A stretch of 64,000 nt of DNA from Rhizodiscina lignyota (GCA_010015805.1 ML978122.1:3134453-3198452); one strand, 5' to 3'. Positions 1 through 13,531 are shown, counted from the first letter of the stretch. The notes: generated from the letters alone by a model not told the origin. Numbers and translations: made by a program.

Positions 1-2431
1 GCCTGCTCTTCTCGATGTTGATTTCACACTACCCATAGCTCTTACCGAAGCAGACAACAGGAGAAAAGAGAAAGGTTAGGAGGGCTGGTATCAGACAAAA
101 GAAGATGGAGTTAGAAGGAAGAAAATGTTTTCAGAAAACAGACGGAGGCGGCTATGGAGAGTCGCTGAGATGGAGACGAGAGGATTGGTATACTTGAGAA
201 AGAAGGTCTGATGATTCAAGAGCTTCCATTGGGAAGACTTCTGCCGCCAGCAGCAGTTTGAACCTCTCAGCAGTCGATATACCCAGTGTCAAACTGCGAA
301 GCAATTACGGTAAAAAGAAAAGATGCCACACGCCGCGAGGATACATTCGAGGCTTTCACCGGTTGGAGAAGAGGCTAGTCGCAAGGATACCAGGTCTCTG
401 GCGCCTTCCAGAGTAGCGGAAGTTGACTTACGGCCCAAGATACTGTGGGACCTGCTACCATCCACACTCCCGGCAAGCGAATGATCCGTGTGAGTCGTGC
501 TGGTGTGCTGGGCCTCGAATAGGTAGAAGATTAGTCAACAACCTCAGTACCGTCACCTGGGAGCACGTCGCTTTATTATCGAGATCGTCGTCGCTCGGAA
601 GAGCAATTTGTTCTAAATGCGGTGGGCCCCGTAAGACCTTTGGCTCCTTCAGCAGTCTTCCCTTCTGGGCTGGAAGTGGTACAAACGATCCAAGAATGGC
701 TCATCCATGTCCTCAGCAGGACGCGCGCGCAGCGAGAGGCTCTTCCTCTTACGGCAATCGATTTTCCGACAATGTGATAAAGGCACAATAACGTCTCTAC
801 CTTGAGTCTCAATACCGGTCCTACTCTTGGGCCATGCATCGCGTGTCTGATCTCCCATGTCTTGGTATCGCTGTGCCACTCATGGCAGACTGTCAATGTT
901 GAATGTGCCATGGCCAGCTGACATCCGAACGGTGATAACCCATAGCAGCTCTATGCCAAGTGCTTCTTAAAAGGTCCGTTCACATTTCCAAAGCGTCCTG
1001 TCTCTGATGCTGAAGGTAAACTGTTCTGCAGTCCGCTGGCCTTATGTGAGTATCTGATGCAAAGACTGCGAAAGCCTACTCTCTCCATGTTCTATGTCAT
1101 TGGTTTACCCAGAAGTGCAGGTAGTGAGTCACATAGAGTTCCGTTGCGTAGTCATCAGGCGTTCGTAAATGTCGTGACCGGTTGATTAGACTCGGATTGC
1201 GGAACTTGCGCCGTCTTATGACCCTTGTACCAGCATCTCAAGCATTTCATGATCCATGCATTCCGGTTTCCTTCAAGTTGTGAACCGGGTCCGATCTCAA
1301 GCTTGTGCTCCATCGAGTAGTATGCGTTGTGTACAGAGCGAGCTGGGTGAAGGTCGGTCGGTCGATCGGTTTACAACGTATTTTTGATTCCTTCGCGGCA
1401 CCACGCCCTGGCCCTGCCTTAGTGTTGCTAAACCATCTCGGCTGCAGCACAAGGGATGAGAGTATGTCTTAGCATCGAAAGTCCGTCTCCGACACCATCG
1501 GCATTGATGTGCGCGCCGTGGAGCGTTGCAGGATGGCTAAGGTTGGTCGCTCATGGAGCTGAAAGTATCATAATGGATAGAGATCGAAGAGAGTAGAGTG
1601 ATAGTGATAGAAGCTTTGGCATCGAGCTCCCAGCGACCTCGTCAATTGCAATACTGAAATGTAGTTGTGGGAGAGGCCGATGGAGGTCAGGACCGGGACA
1701 GGGGCTGTATCGTACTAAACCTAAGAAATCCGTCCCATTGGCTCAAATTTTGAAAACGGCACTCGATGAGAAAGTAACGTATGTCTCAACCCTTGGCTGC
1801 ATCCTCCCTTTCACTATCACCTCGTTTCGTAGAGAGCGGGCACCAGGGGCGCATGATGCATCTACGATCGAATGCCTAAACATTTGTTGTTTTTAGGTAT
1901 CTCCTCACATGCTTTATGGTACATTTAAGCTTGGTTTCTAGATACTCATAAACCCGTATGATTTTCGGTACTTATGCACCTATTATTTGGCTACCTGAAG
2001 ACTAATTATGTACCCCTGTACCGGGTACCTACGTACCTGATGCTGGGTGACTATCTGACCACCCGTGGCAACATCTCTCGGGTACTCCTGGCCCTTCATT
2101 CGACCTACCAAATTAGCGGTCGTCCCTCTGTTCATTCTTACTTTCAAGTTGGACAATATGTCTATCTCTCCAATTATACACTCCTGATATAATCGAATTG
2201 AAGCCCAAACAACGGGCGGAAATAGGCACTCTACGAGCGCTTTAACGTAAGATAGGTTCGTAAACGCAAGGGGACAGAAACCAGAAGCAAGATTTGTGCT
2301 AATTGACCGCAATTCCAGTACGCATTACAGCCTGGGTTGCCCCTCGTAAGCCTAAATACGACTTAATACGTAGCCCGCATTCGGTATCATATGGAGCTTC
2401 TTTGCGGCCTTCTCTGAGTTCAACTACTCCG

Positions 2432-3406
2432 TTATTGCGACGCCTCAAACGCCTTGCCATATACTCCCATACCATCCACGAACCCCAGGCGCTTGGGCTC
2501 CCATCCAAGTATCATCCTCGCTCTCTCAGCATGATTCGTCCCGGTCGTGCTCATGGCAGCAGCAAATAAATTGTCTCCAGCCCCCACCAGTTCTACCTTC
2601 CCCTTAAACCCCAGCACATCCGCCAGTCTACTAAAGATATCACGCATGCTCTCTGACTGCCCAACGAGATCAAAGCAAGGATGGAGGCCAGCACCGTTAA
2701 TCTCCGGGATCTTCTCAATTGCAGCGTGTATGCCCGTACCCACATCATCGACGTGTATAAGGCCAGGGCGGCTGTCTGCGTCTAGTGGGATCTGCACGCT
2801 CGGAGCGCCATTCTTCGCGGCTTCGAGCAGCGGCGCAAAGAACATGGTCCAGATGGCGTGGCTGCGGCCATACAACAGGCCTGGACGGATGATCACAACA
2901 TCCAAGAGCTCACGCACTTTGAAAGCGAGGATCTCTTGCTCGAAGTCTGCGCGCCACGCGACTAGCTTCGCCGGTGGAGAGGGCGCGAGGGCATTGCCGA
3001 CTTGATCGAGGTCCGAGACTGGTTCAATGGACGAGCCGTGGACCCATGTGCCAGATGTGTACATGAAACCTAGTTTCGTGGGCTTCTCCACGCCAGCTTT
3101 CTTGAACAGCTCAAGTCGCTCCAAGCCGGCTTTCATAGTCAACTCCAGGAGGGCGTGGGCCTGCTGATCACCGCCTACAACTGCGACGGTATCGATGCGA
3201 TGCTCTGAGATGGCTTGGAGCAAGGGAGAACCATCTATGGCCGGATCTGCGCAGATGACGGGGATTATTTCGAGTGCCGCGAGACTTCTAGCCTTCACTG
3301 GGGAACGGGCGACGCCATAGACTGTGTGATGCCCGGAGCGGAGGAGAGAGAGGGCCAAGGTCTGACCGATGTAACCTGTTGCACCAATGATGAGAGTCTT
3401 TGGCAT
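2432..3406 (-). CDS. NAD(P)-binding Rossmann-fold protein, atypical/extended SDR (NAD-dependent epimerase/dehydratase family)
   Basis: Intronless ORF. Likely start MPKTLIIGATGYIG (GxxGxxG) at ATG 3406. Contains YTSGTWVHG, IIRPGLLYG, IHVDDVG and LGWEP motifs typical of the family. Confidence 0.85.
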   Translation of the reverse strand: MPKTLIIGATGYIGQTLALSLLRSGHHTVYGVARSPVKARSLAALEIIPVICADPAIDGSPLLQAISEHRIDTVAVVGGDQQAHALLELTMKAGLERLELFKKAGVEKPTKLGFMYTSGTWVHGSSIEPVSDLDQVGNALAPSPPAKLVAWRADFEQEILAFKVRELLDVVIIRPGLLYGRSHAIWTMFFAPLLEAAKNGAPSVQIPLDADSRPGLIHVDDVGTGIHAAIEKIPEINGAGLHPCFDLVGQSESMRDIFSRLADVLGFKGKVELVGAGDNLFAAAMSTTGTNHAERARMILGWEPKRLGFVDGMGVYGKAFEASQ

Positions 3407-4506
3407 TTTGGATCTTCTCTTATTATTTTCCTGATCTTTCTTATTCAAATTACAATTGGAATGAAGCCGAAATAAAGGGTCAGTGAAAAGTAGACGGAAA
3501 TGGAAGTAGCTACAGCTGAGGTGGGGTCGTGAGTCGAGTCTCTTTGAATTTATACAAAGTGAAATTCCACTATGAAAGACACCCGTTTCAATTATATATG
3601 CGCCCTTGTCATGAACAATTTCGGCGCCTCCTTTTCATGTCCATCGACATGATACGGAGCTATTTGCGCCGTTCGATAAGTCCGAGAGCCTATTGGCCAC
3701 CAACCACCATACTGACAGCCTCAAAGGGTTAGTCAACCTATCCAAACTCGCAACTCATCAACTGAAGAGACTCTCAGCCAGAGATGAGCCGTAGGCTACA
3801 TATGACTCTTGCAAGAGCGAAGATGGCGTATCCATTAATGCAGGCCTCGGCAAGAACGAGGATAAGTCATCCAGTAGGAGCTGTTGAGTAAGCTGGGATG
3901 TTCGTAGAACCAGAGAAAACTGTATGCGCCTTGCAGCTCTCAGCCAGACACGAGGCCGTTTTGGGGTATCAGTAACAAAGAGAGGAAAGAAGTCGAAGGT
4001 GGTATTCTCGGGAAATGCTCGTAAATGCTTCGCAGGGGTAGTAACAGGGTGGGACGATTTTGAGGTCGGTTCGAACTTAACGCTGGAGTACAGAATTATC
4101 TCCGGATCTGCATATTCATGAGACGTAACATGAGAACAACCATTTTCCAAAGGCGGCGGAATAGGAATAGCTTATAACAGGTAGGCACGTAAGACTCTCT
4201 CTATTGGTATCAAATCATGTTGCGATCTGGACCAGCGACCGACGCGTAAGTACCTAAAAATGGGTGCATAGATACCGAGAGAATGGGTGCTCAGGTACCT
4301 GAAATAATAGATGCTTGGGCATCCAACCATGGATGCATCACGCGCCCACCTTTTACACCAGAGATCACAGGTTCTAACTCAATAAGGCAGAGGGCGAGAA
4401 GGAAAGTCACTCAATGCATTTACGATATCTAAACCATCAATTTGAAAGAAACAAGAGGGTATCTGTGCCCGAAGGACTTTGTCAACAAACGCCGTATGTA
4501 CATCCC

Positions 4507-6564
4507 CTAACCCAACTTGACCGCCAGCTCGCCATGCAAGCGAGTGCGGTACAGGCATGTCCACGCCTGTCCGTGGTTCTCCGTCACCCTTACCACCACC
4601 TGCCGCACCTCAATACCCAGCGCCTTGAAATCGACGCCCAGCCGGAAGGATTGCACGTGGTTCCACCCGTCCACGTCATAGACCGCCTTGCCCACACACA
4701 CATAGTTGTTGGGCATGCTACCACCACCAAGGCATGGCTGGCCGGGATTGATCGTCTCGTAAGCATTTGCCAGGGCGTCGCGTGCCGCTGGACTTGGTGC
4801 CTGTACCCAGAGCTCGATGTCTCGTGGGGCGGAGCCGATATCGAGCGTACCCTGCTTGGGTACGTGTTCGATCACGAAGGCAGTTGGGTACACGGGGTAC
4901 GGCAGGATGACGCCAATCTGCGACTTGCCGTCGGCCTTGGCAGCGCACCAGCAATCTCCGGGCTCTTGCCATGGTAATAGTGCTTCGACAGGCCTGTTCG
5001 GCGTCATTACCATGGGAGTGAGGGCATAGAGCCATTGCGTCACTGTCTTGGTTCCCTTGGCCATGGTCGCAGACGTTAGGTGCGGATTGACGATGGTACC
5101 GAGCTTCGGAGAGAAGAAATTGACCTGGTTGAGAGCGTTGGCATTGTTTTGGAGGTGTTGGATCAACTTTGCGCCAAAGGCCCACGGCATGTACGGCCGG
5201 TCGTAATTATCGAAGTCGGCTCCAAGGTCAGAGAGGAAGGAGTGCAAGACAGAGTGTACAGCTTGATCTGCCTGCTTTTTCATCCAATCATTCGATCCAG
5301 CGAAGTAGCGGTTCATCTGGCCATGGAGGTCCTTCGTCATTTCCAGGACTTCGTTGCGGGAGATAACATGGTAGTTTTCAAGAGCAGCTGCCATGGATCG
5401 GTCAAAGTGCACGTCCATGCGGGATCTGGTGATGGTGTCTATGAGGTGTGCGTTGCGTCTGAGCCAATCTTTCCAAGGCATGTCACCTCTGCCGTACTCC
5501 TCGGCGAATTTGCTATCCAGAGCCTGCCAGAAGTGGTCAAGCAATTCGTACCCGCCAGTGTCGGGATTGCGGTAGACGGCGATGTACTGAGGAAGAGAGT
5601 GCTTGAGTGTGGCGATTTCAGCGTTGAGAGCATCGACCTTGGAAGTGGTTGCAGCAACTCGGGTGTTGGCTTCGTCCACTCTGGCGTTGGCCCAATCGAC
5701 TCTTGCATTGGCTTCATCGAGTTTTGCGTTTGCCTCAGTGACTTGCGCAACCATTTGGGCTGCCATTTGCTCCATAGTTACGGGTGAAGTGTTTGATTTC
5801 ATGCGTTGTCCATATGTCTGGAACGAAGATCCATCGCCGTTGGGGATCTCGCCGCCGAAAAGGAGAACCATGATGTAACCGATAAGCACAGCAGAACCGA
5901 AAAGGTAGAGGATGTTTCGGCCTTGAAAGATCCAGGGGACAGCAGGGTCGCGGTCACGAGGTCTTGGTCGAGCATTGGCAGGTGCAACTCCGACAGGCTC
6001 GGAAGCAAGGCCACTGGTAGGGATGACTCCGGCTTCGCGCTGCACACCGAACGACCTCGATGCATCGACACTGGTGTCGGCCACTTCGGCAGAGGGAGCG
6101 ACAGAAGGCTCGCGGCTGAGAGAGGCACGGGCGCTGGCGCGGATAGAAGATTCTGGTGCTGGTTCTTCAACTTCGGGAATGACAGAAGGCTGGCGAGACG
6201 CTGCGTGGCTGGCTTCTCCATGGACAGTCGTGTCTTCGCGGGCCTGATTGAGAAGTGCAGCAAAGCTGGTGGCGGCACTGTCGTGGGTGGTCGGAGCTGC
6301 AAGCGAAGACCTTCCGGTGGTGCCGTATCCATGGGACAAGCGTGATTGAGAGGGAGGGAGAGCGCCTGACATCGCCGTATCACCCCCGGCAGTGGAAGCT
6401 CCACGACGGGGACGGCGACCACTGGCAGAGACGGCGACCGAACCGGCAACGGAACGAGCTGGAGTGGCAGAAGGAATGGCAGTGCCGGAAGTAGGATTAG
6501 CAGGTCCTGCTGCAGGGGTAGTGTCGCGAGACGCGAGGCGAGAGCTACGACGAGGAGTCGCCAT
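4507..6564 (-). CDS. sad1: SUN-domain (Sad1/UNC-84) inner nuclear envelope / spindle pole body protein
   Basis: 685 aa ORF: low-complexity N-terminus, one TM segment (ILYLFGSAVLIGYIMVLLF), coiled coil, then a C-terminal SUN domain (VNFFS, WQEPGDCWC, IEHVP, SAPRDIELW, NHGQAWTCLYRTRLHG). Confidence 0.88.
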   Translation of the reverse strand: MATPRRSSRLASRDTTPAAGPANPTSGTAIPSATPARSVAGSVAVSASGRRPRRGASTAGGDTAMSGALPPSQSRLSHGYGTTGRSSLAAPTTHDSAATSFAALLNQAREDTTVHGEASHAASRQPSVIPEVEEPAPESSIRASARASLSREPSVAPSAEVADTSVDASRSFGVQREAGVIPTSGLASEPVGVAPANARPRPRDRDPAVPWIFQGRNILYLFGSAVLIGYIMVLLFGGEIPNGDGSSFQTYGQRMKSNTSPVTMEQMAAQMVAQVTEANAKLDEANARVDWANARVDEANTRVAATTSKVDALNAEIATLKHSLPQYIAVYRNPDTGGYELLDHFWQALDSKFAEEYGRGDMPWKDWLRRNAHLIDTITRSRMDVHFDRSMAAALENYHVISRNEVLEMTKDLHGQMNRYFAGSNDWMKKQADQAVHSVLHSFLSDLGADFDNYDRPYMPWAFGAKLIQHLQNNANALNQVNFFSPKLGTIVNPHLTSATMAKGTKTVTQWLYALTPMVMTPNRPVEALLPWQEPGDCWCAAKADGKSQIGVILPYPVYPTAFVIEHVPKQGTLDIGSAPRDIELWVQAPSPAARDALANAYETINPGQPCLGGGSMPNNYVCVGKAVYDVDGWNHVQSFRLGVDFKALGIEVRQVVVRVTENHGQAWTCLYRTRLHGELAVKLG

Positions 6565-8317
6565 TTTGCGAAGGAAGTGAGATGAAAACAGATTGAAGGT
6601 GGGGCTTCAAAGGCGCTGCCTGGGTTTCGATCGGGATCAGTAGAGTTCGAAAAGAAGCGTCCAGCGCAAAGGGTGACAGAGTAAAAGCAAAGCAATCTGA
6701 AGAAAATCTGAGAAGAGAGAAGAAGGGAATCCGAAGGAAAGTTTAAGTACATAGGTATAGTTGGTGGCTGGGGCGGCTCTCTCAATAGAAAATTAAGGCT
6801 TGGTATTGTGCTATTGTTCTTGAATAGGCCCTAACACAGGACAGTGCGCGCAAATCGACTCACCTGAATAGAGAAGGGCAACCAGGGTATTGTGCCCAAA
6901 ATAACGCGACGTTCAGCTGTCTCGAGATGCTGTTTCAATTGGATGAATATCGCATTCAAGAAATGGGTATTCGAGCGCGTCGAAAATCGTCGTTCAGGTG
7001 TTGTCGTCGAATGCGCAACGCGCGAGGCGGCCGCAAATGTGGCAACAACAACCTCCGTATTCTCCCAACGGCGCGCAAGTCAGAGTTGATTTGTTTGAGT
7101 TGCAATTTCATAGTAGCTGCAGCGACGTTGAAGAGGAGTAGAACAGCACCAGTATAGCTGTTTGCGACGCATTCCAAGGATGGAGTGAAGCGCTGTCGTC
7201 CTTTGTTTTGCAGGCGAGCAGAGACAGACGGCAGGGGCTGATGACCTAATCAGTGACCGCCCCACATGTATTCTGAACAGGTACAGGGCGCACGTTTTGA
7301 AACACCCAATGCAAGTGGCGTGTTTTTTTGAAGCATCGCAGGTAAGTTTCGATGTTTCTATAATCGCAAACGTACCAGCGCCATTAGCGGGCCGGCCCGC
7401 GCCCGCGCAGGTTAAAATACACATATGTATCTGCGGTCTGCAAATGTAATCTACTGAGTCTCCAAGCCAAATTCGTGCGGTACATGAAAAGCTCAAGCAT
7501 CGTATAGCACCTACTCCTACTCATAGGAGAGCTCGACCTTTATACATAAGCCGTGAGCTGAGTGAGTTCATTTAGCGGAGGCGTGCTCGATTGACGTGTG
7601 CAAGCGGCAAGTTCAATGCCTGTACCTAATCGAATCGAAGCTTCAAGGCCAAGAGAGAAATGGAAATCATCAGTCGTAGACTCGCTGCATATATTCGAGA
7701 AGTTGTTCCCACCTTTGATATCTATAACCTCAGAGATGACGCTGGCTCTAATAAATAACGTAATTTACACCATTGTACACCCACTATGAACTAATATTTA
7801 CGAACTCGCCAGTTGCGACTTGCGTATTCTCAACTCTCCCAAAAAATATTCCGACATCGGACTATAAGATCGTATATGCCCTTCAATCAACATAGACTAC
7901 GCATTTTGGTGTTGTACAGTCTTCGGAAATGCAATTTAGAGTGAACCATGCTAAGTCTCACTTTAGCAGATACTTTCACTGCCGTGGAAGAGCTTAAGCA
8001 AAATCTTTGAAAGCAAAATCTTTTGGAAGCTTGATCAGATGAGCGTAAATGTATTGCTGAAAAGTGTGGAATCCCTAAAGTTTTGTCGTTGATATTTCTT
8101 TGGCTTGCAGCCTGACGTTGAGATCGCTCAAGGCTTTAGAGCGCTTGCGCACAGACAAAACGTGCGATAAGCGCGCGGGTAGTATGCGTCACTCCACGTT
8201 TTTGTCCACCCGAAATTAAACACGTTCCCTTTGAGGCTGCGTCAAGGGAAAAGTGATTTCTGCAGTCATCTCTCTCTTCTAGTACCCAATTGCCTTTGTC
8301 TTGGAACAAGTGGCGCC

Positions 8318-9649
8318 ATGACGGTCGGCTCTGTGCTTGTTACGGGGTGAGTGCATTTCACACTATTCTTCTTTCATTGCCGAGCGACGATCTGAAGGCC
8401 TTTGCCATGTTTAAATGCTTAATTGTGGCACTTGCTGGGCACCAAGGGAATATCGTCGAATTTGGCAAAATTATCCGCATTGAACAGAATATTCTGCGAA
8501 ACTTTACCGCCCTGCAGATGCCGATGTGCTCAATTGGCTGATTGTAATTGAAGTGGAACCGGCTACATTGGCTCATTCACTGTTCTTGCGCTCCTGGAAG
8601 CGGACTACAAAGTTGTCATAGTCGACAATCTCTACAACTCGTCCGATGAAGTTCTGAACCGCATAGAACTCATCTGTAGCAAGCGTCCCATCTACTATAA
8701 TGTCAACATAACCAACGAGGCTGGCCTCAACAAGGTCTTCGACGAGCACCCGGACATCGACAATGTCATTCACTTTGCCGCGCTAAAGGCCGTCGGCGAA
8801 TCCGGGGAAATTCCGCTGGAGTACTACCACACCAATGTTTATGGAAGTCTTTGTTTGTTAAGGGCCATGGCATCCCATGATGTGTCCAACATTGTGTTTT
8901 CGTCCTCTGCTACTGTTTATGGAGATGCAACTCGCTTCCCGGATATGATTCCTATTCCCGAGCGCTGCCCTCTCGGACCGACCAATGTGTACGGCCGCAC
9001 CAAGGTCATGGTCGAATCGATGATCGAAGACCTCGTCACCGCCAAGCGCAACGCAGCATCCAAGGCAAGCAAACCGGCAGAGGGAGCGAAGTGGAACGCA
9101 GCACTCCTTCGGTACTTCAATCCCGCGGGCGCACACCCGTCTGGCATCATGGGCGAGGATCCTCAAGGTGTCCCGTACAACCTCCTTCCGTTAGCAGCGC
9201 AAGTGGCTGTCGGTAAGAGAGAGAAGCTTCTCGTCTTTGGCGACGACTATGCAAGCCGCGATGGAACTGCGATCAGAGACTACATCCATATTCTCGACCT
9301 CGCGAATGGCCATCTCGTTGCTCTCAACTACTTGCGCGATCGCCATCCCGGCGTCAAGGCATGGAACTTGGGCACCGGTACCGGTTCCACTGTGTATGAG
9401 ATCGTCAACGCGTTCGGCAAAGCCGTCGGACGTGATATCCCATACCAAGTTGTAGGCAGAAGAGATGGCGACGTCCTGGATCTGACAGCGAACCCGTCCC
9501 TGGCGAACAAAGAGCTGGGCTGGAAGGCCGGCCGCAGTATCGAGGAGTCGTGCGCGGATTTGTGGAGGTGGACCGAGAACAATCCGCAGGGCTATAGACA
9601 GCAGCCACCGGAAGAGTTGCTGAAGGCATTGAAGGAGAAGAAGACGTAA
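8318..9649 (+). CDS. GAL10: UDP-glucose 4-epimerase
   Basis: Exon 1 8318-8346 (MTVGSVLVTG), intron 8347-8553 (gtgagt...aag), exon 2 GTGYIGS...HFAALKAVGES...FSSSATVYG, YGRTK, LRYFNP, RDYIH. Epimerase domain only. Confidence 0.95.
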
Positions 9650-10132
9650 GCGGCTACATTGGGTCTCCTTGCGCCAGATGGCTTGCAGGTTTACACTTGA
9701 GCAACTAGAGCGGTTTTCTCACGAGTACCGTAACCATTCTAGAAAAGTTCATGCTTTATGTTTGCTTTTATGTTATGATAGAGGTTCAATCTAAAACGAG
9801 ATCAGGGTACGAATTCTGCTTGGTTTGAGACATTACAATTTTGCTCTATCTCGTTGAATAAATACACGAGAATCAAAGCATCGCATTGATCTTTGTCTTC
9901 GACTCTCTCTGCCATGGCGCTACTGATAGCGTGATGCTAGATGCCAGGAGGACCGTTGTCGGCAACCTCGGTGTAGCTCCCATCAGCAGCTACCCGGAGG
10001 CGAGCTTCGGCCGTAATTATGAGAACTTCTCTTTTGCATCACATCCTCAACGCCGTGCTCATATGCATCAATGCGGTACTCCAATCGGGACTATACAAAA
10101 CGTGTTGTGGTGTTCACTGATAATGGCTGCTA

Positions 10133-10982
<850 letters not shown>

Positions 10983-11368
10983 TGTGACGTTGAGAGCGGA
11001 GAGGATGTGGATGAGAGTGAGAAGTAAGAGGAACAGCAGGCAGCTCTAATATCGTATGGGTATCTCGGAAAGGGGCAAAATGGCATGGGAATGGTCAATG
11101 TTCTTCATTGTCTTTGGAAGCACTGCCTCAGCATGGATGCCTCGACGTCCATGACCGCATGCAGGGATCAAGATATCACGTGCAAGACATATCATGTGAC
11201 TCTGGGCGGGCTGTACAGATATTGTGAGCGGAACGGAACATCTTCATCCGACAAATTTTCGTAGGCGTTCGAGGATATCTCCATATTCTCTTTGCTCAAT
11301 CCTCGTCCTCAGTTGTTTCATCACTCTTAATGTTGGCGAGGGTTTGCAACTGAAGTCTTATCCGAATC

Positions 11369-12771
11369 ATGTCTCCCTCACTACTTGCTCCGCAGCAGCA
11401 TAATCAGCCGTCACGAAAGAGCAAAAAGGCTTGGCGCAAAAATGTCGACATCACGGAGGTTCAAGATGGCTTAGAGAGTGCGCGCGATGAGGCTACTCTG
11501 GGGTATGACTCGAATTTTTGGGCTATTGGCTTGTCATGTCTGAAATTAACGTCTGCAGTGGCATCGTCGCCGAACTCCCTTCAGATGCTTTGTTCGTCCA
11601 AGACTCGACCGGATCGGTTGCTATTCAGAAAGCATACAATAAGATCAACAAGCCGTTAAAGTCGGAAGAAATTCTCGCTCAAAGAAGTGCGGTCCCTGCC
11701 GTTGATTCAAGGAAGCGAAAGAATAATATTGGCGACGGTATACTACCAATAAAAAGGCGGAAAGAGGGCGGCATTTCATACAAAGAATTGGATAGGCTGA
11801 GAAGACTGGCATACGGCGGAGATACGGTCCATAAAGATGTGGTCAAGGCTGATGGCATTGCTGCTGAGGACTTGTGGAATGTCCCAGACGAGGGGACTGA
11901 ACCCATCTCTGCTACACCTGGAGAGGACCAATTCTCTTTTCTAGAGAAGAAGAAACCTGTCCGTGCACCGGCGACGCTGAAACACGCCTCGATATCCCTT
12001 CTGGCTAATGGAAAGACGATCCCTGCAATACCAAAGCCTGCCGAGGGAAAATCGTACAATCCGTCCTTTGAGGCATGGGGTGCTCTTATCCAATCCCATG
12101 GCGAGGAAGAGGTGGCAAGGGAACGCCAGCGGCTCGAGTCAGCTCGTGCCGAGACAGAACTTGCGGATAGAGTGGCAAAGTCAGCGGAAGAGGCTCGCCT
12201 GGCTGATGAAGAGGATCAAAGTGAGTGGGAGAGCGAATGGGAGGGCTTTGTTAGTGAGAGGGAAGAAGCGGAAGAGGAAAATGCCGCATGGCTGAATAAG
12301 AAGAGACCCGAGCGCAAGACACAGGCCGAGAGGAACAAAATCCAACGACGAAAAGAGGAGGAGAGACGCAAGAAGGCCGAGGAGAAGCTGAAGGAGCGCG
12401 AACGGCAGCTACAGAGAATTAAAGCTCTAGCACAGGAGGCAGAAGCGAAAAAGAAGTCAATGGCAAGCTCACTCGTAGCTCATACCGAAGGGTCGAGTGA
12501 AGACGAGATTGATGGCCAGACACAAGTTCTCCGCCGGAAGAGATTAGGAAAGACAGTTTTGCCGGAAGCACCACTTGAGCTTGTTCTGGCAGATGAGCTG
12601 CAGGACTCTCTGCGTGCTTTGAAGCCAGAAGGCAATTTGCTGCATGACAGATTCCGGAGCATGCAGGTCCGCGGCAAGATCGAGACGAGAAAGGCTGTGT
12701 GGCAGTCGAAGAAAGCGAACAGAAAAGCCACAGAAAAGTGGAGCTACAAGGACTGGAAACTAAAATATTAG
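11369..12771 (+). CDS. NOP53: 60S ribosome biogenesis protein Nop53 (GLTSCR2 family)
   Basis: N-terminal QPSRKSKKAWRKNVDI; intron 11503-11558; LFVQD motif; SYNPSF; LQDSLRALKPEGNLLHDRF; C-terminal EKWSYKDWKL. Confidence 0.93.
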
Positions 12772-13300
12772 ATTTGGTGACAACTGCCGCCACCGGCGTT
12801 GCTTCATTCACGATACAAAAGCTGGCCGACACATCGATTAAATAGCCAAGTGCTTTGTCCAGAGACTGCTCGACAATGTATTGGGCACAAGTTCCACAAT
12901 TCAATTGACGAATTATGAATCAGAGAGACTGCGCTGTCCTTGATACTTGACGTCCTGGTCTCATGACCGCAGCTCACAAAGCGTACATGCATTCCATTAT
13001 TTTTGCCACAGTACTCTTCAATATGTTAATTACCGACATTGTCTCAATTCAGGTGTGAATAGACTTAATTCGTTGTTGCGACGGTTGGACTGTCCCAAAA
13101 CGTATCTCAATAACCAACACCGACAACGACGCTTTAAAAACACATGCATAGTATCTCAATATGTGCAAGACGCATTAACGAAACTCTCTTTTACACTTTT
13201 ATCCATACCTTACAAAGCTTTTCGTCTGGTCTTTACCTTGTCTTATCTTGGTTCTCGCGGACACCTTGAGACAACAATCCGTATCTCACATATAACCTCC

Positions 13301-13531
13301 ATGCGCCCACCGTTCATCTTCAGCGCCATCACGCTGCTCGTTGCCGTCACATACGCCGTTCCCATTGGTACTGAGGAGACGGTCACTGACCTGGTCGAGA
13401 AGCGTAACGAACAGACTGACGCCGTTCTCATGCGCGTGTTCAGCGTCCTCGGCGCCTATGAGAAGACGCACCCAAATCTGTGGAACGGCGCGATTAAAGG
13501 CTGCCATCTCGTTGGCGAGCCTTGCTTGTAA
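13301..13531 (+). CDS. Small secreted pre-pro-peptide (76 aa) with signal peptide, KR site and two C-terminal Cys
   Basis: MRPPFIFSAITLLVAVTYA-VP signal peptide, acidic pro region ending LVEKR, mature part ending GCHLVGEPCL. GC-rich coding-like island within AT-richer flanks. Confidence 0.7.
   Translation: MRPPFIFSAITLLVAVTYAVPIGTEETVTDLVEKRNEQTDAVLMRVFSVLGAYEKTHPNLWNGAIKGCHLVGEPCL

Noticed and set aside
1..2400. Short ORFs (423-791, 576-911, 649-879, 1983-2312) and a possible minus-strand ATG at 36 running off the window
   Set aside because: No recognisable domain or consistent splice model. Probably the promoter or UTR of a gene to the left of the window.
3758..4150. 130-aa minus-strand ORF
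   Set aside because: TTG start and no motifs; cannot be supported as a gene.
5799..6785. 328-aa minus-strand ORF overlapping the SUN gene
   Set aside because: Alternative frame over a GC-rich low-complexity coding region.
7996..8024. Short direct repeat AAGCAAAATCTTT x2 in AT-richer intergenic DNA
   Set aside because: Only two copies, with no terminal inverted repeats or transposase. Insufficient for a mobile element call.
8318..9649. GAL10 lacking the mutarotase domain and not in a GAL cluster
   Set aside because: This is the normal state in filamentous ascomycetes.
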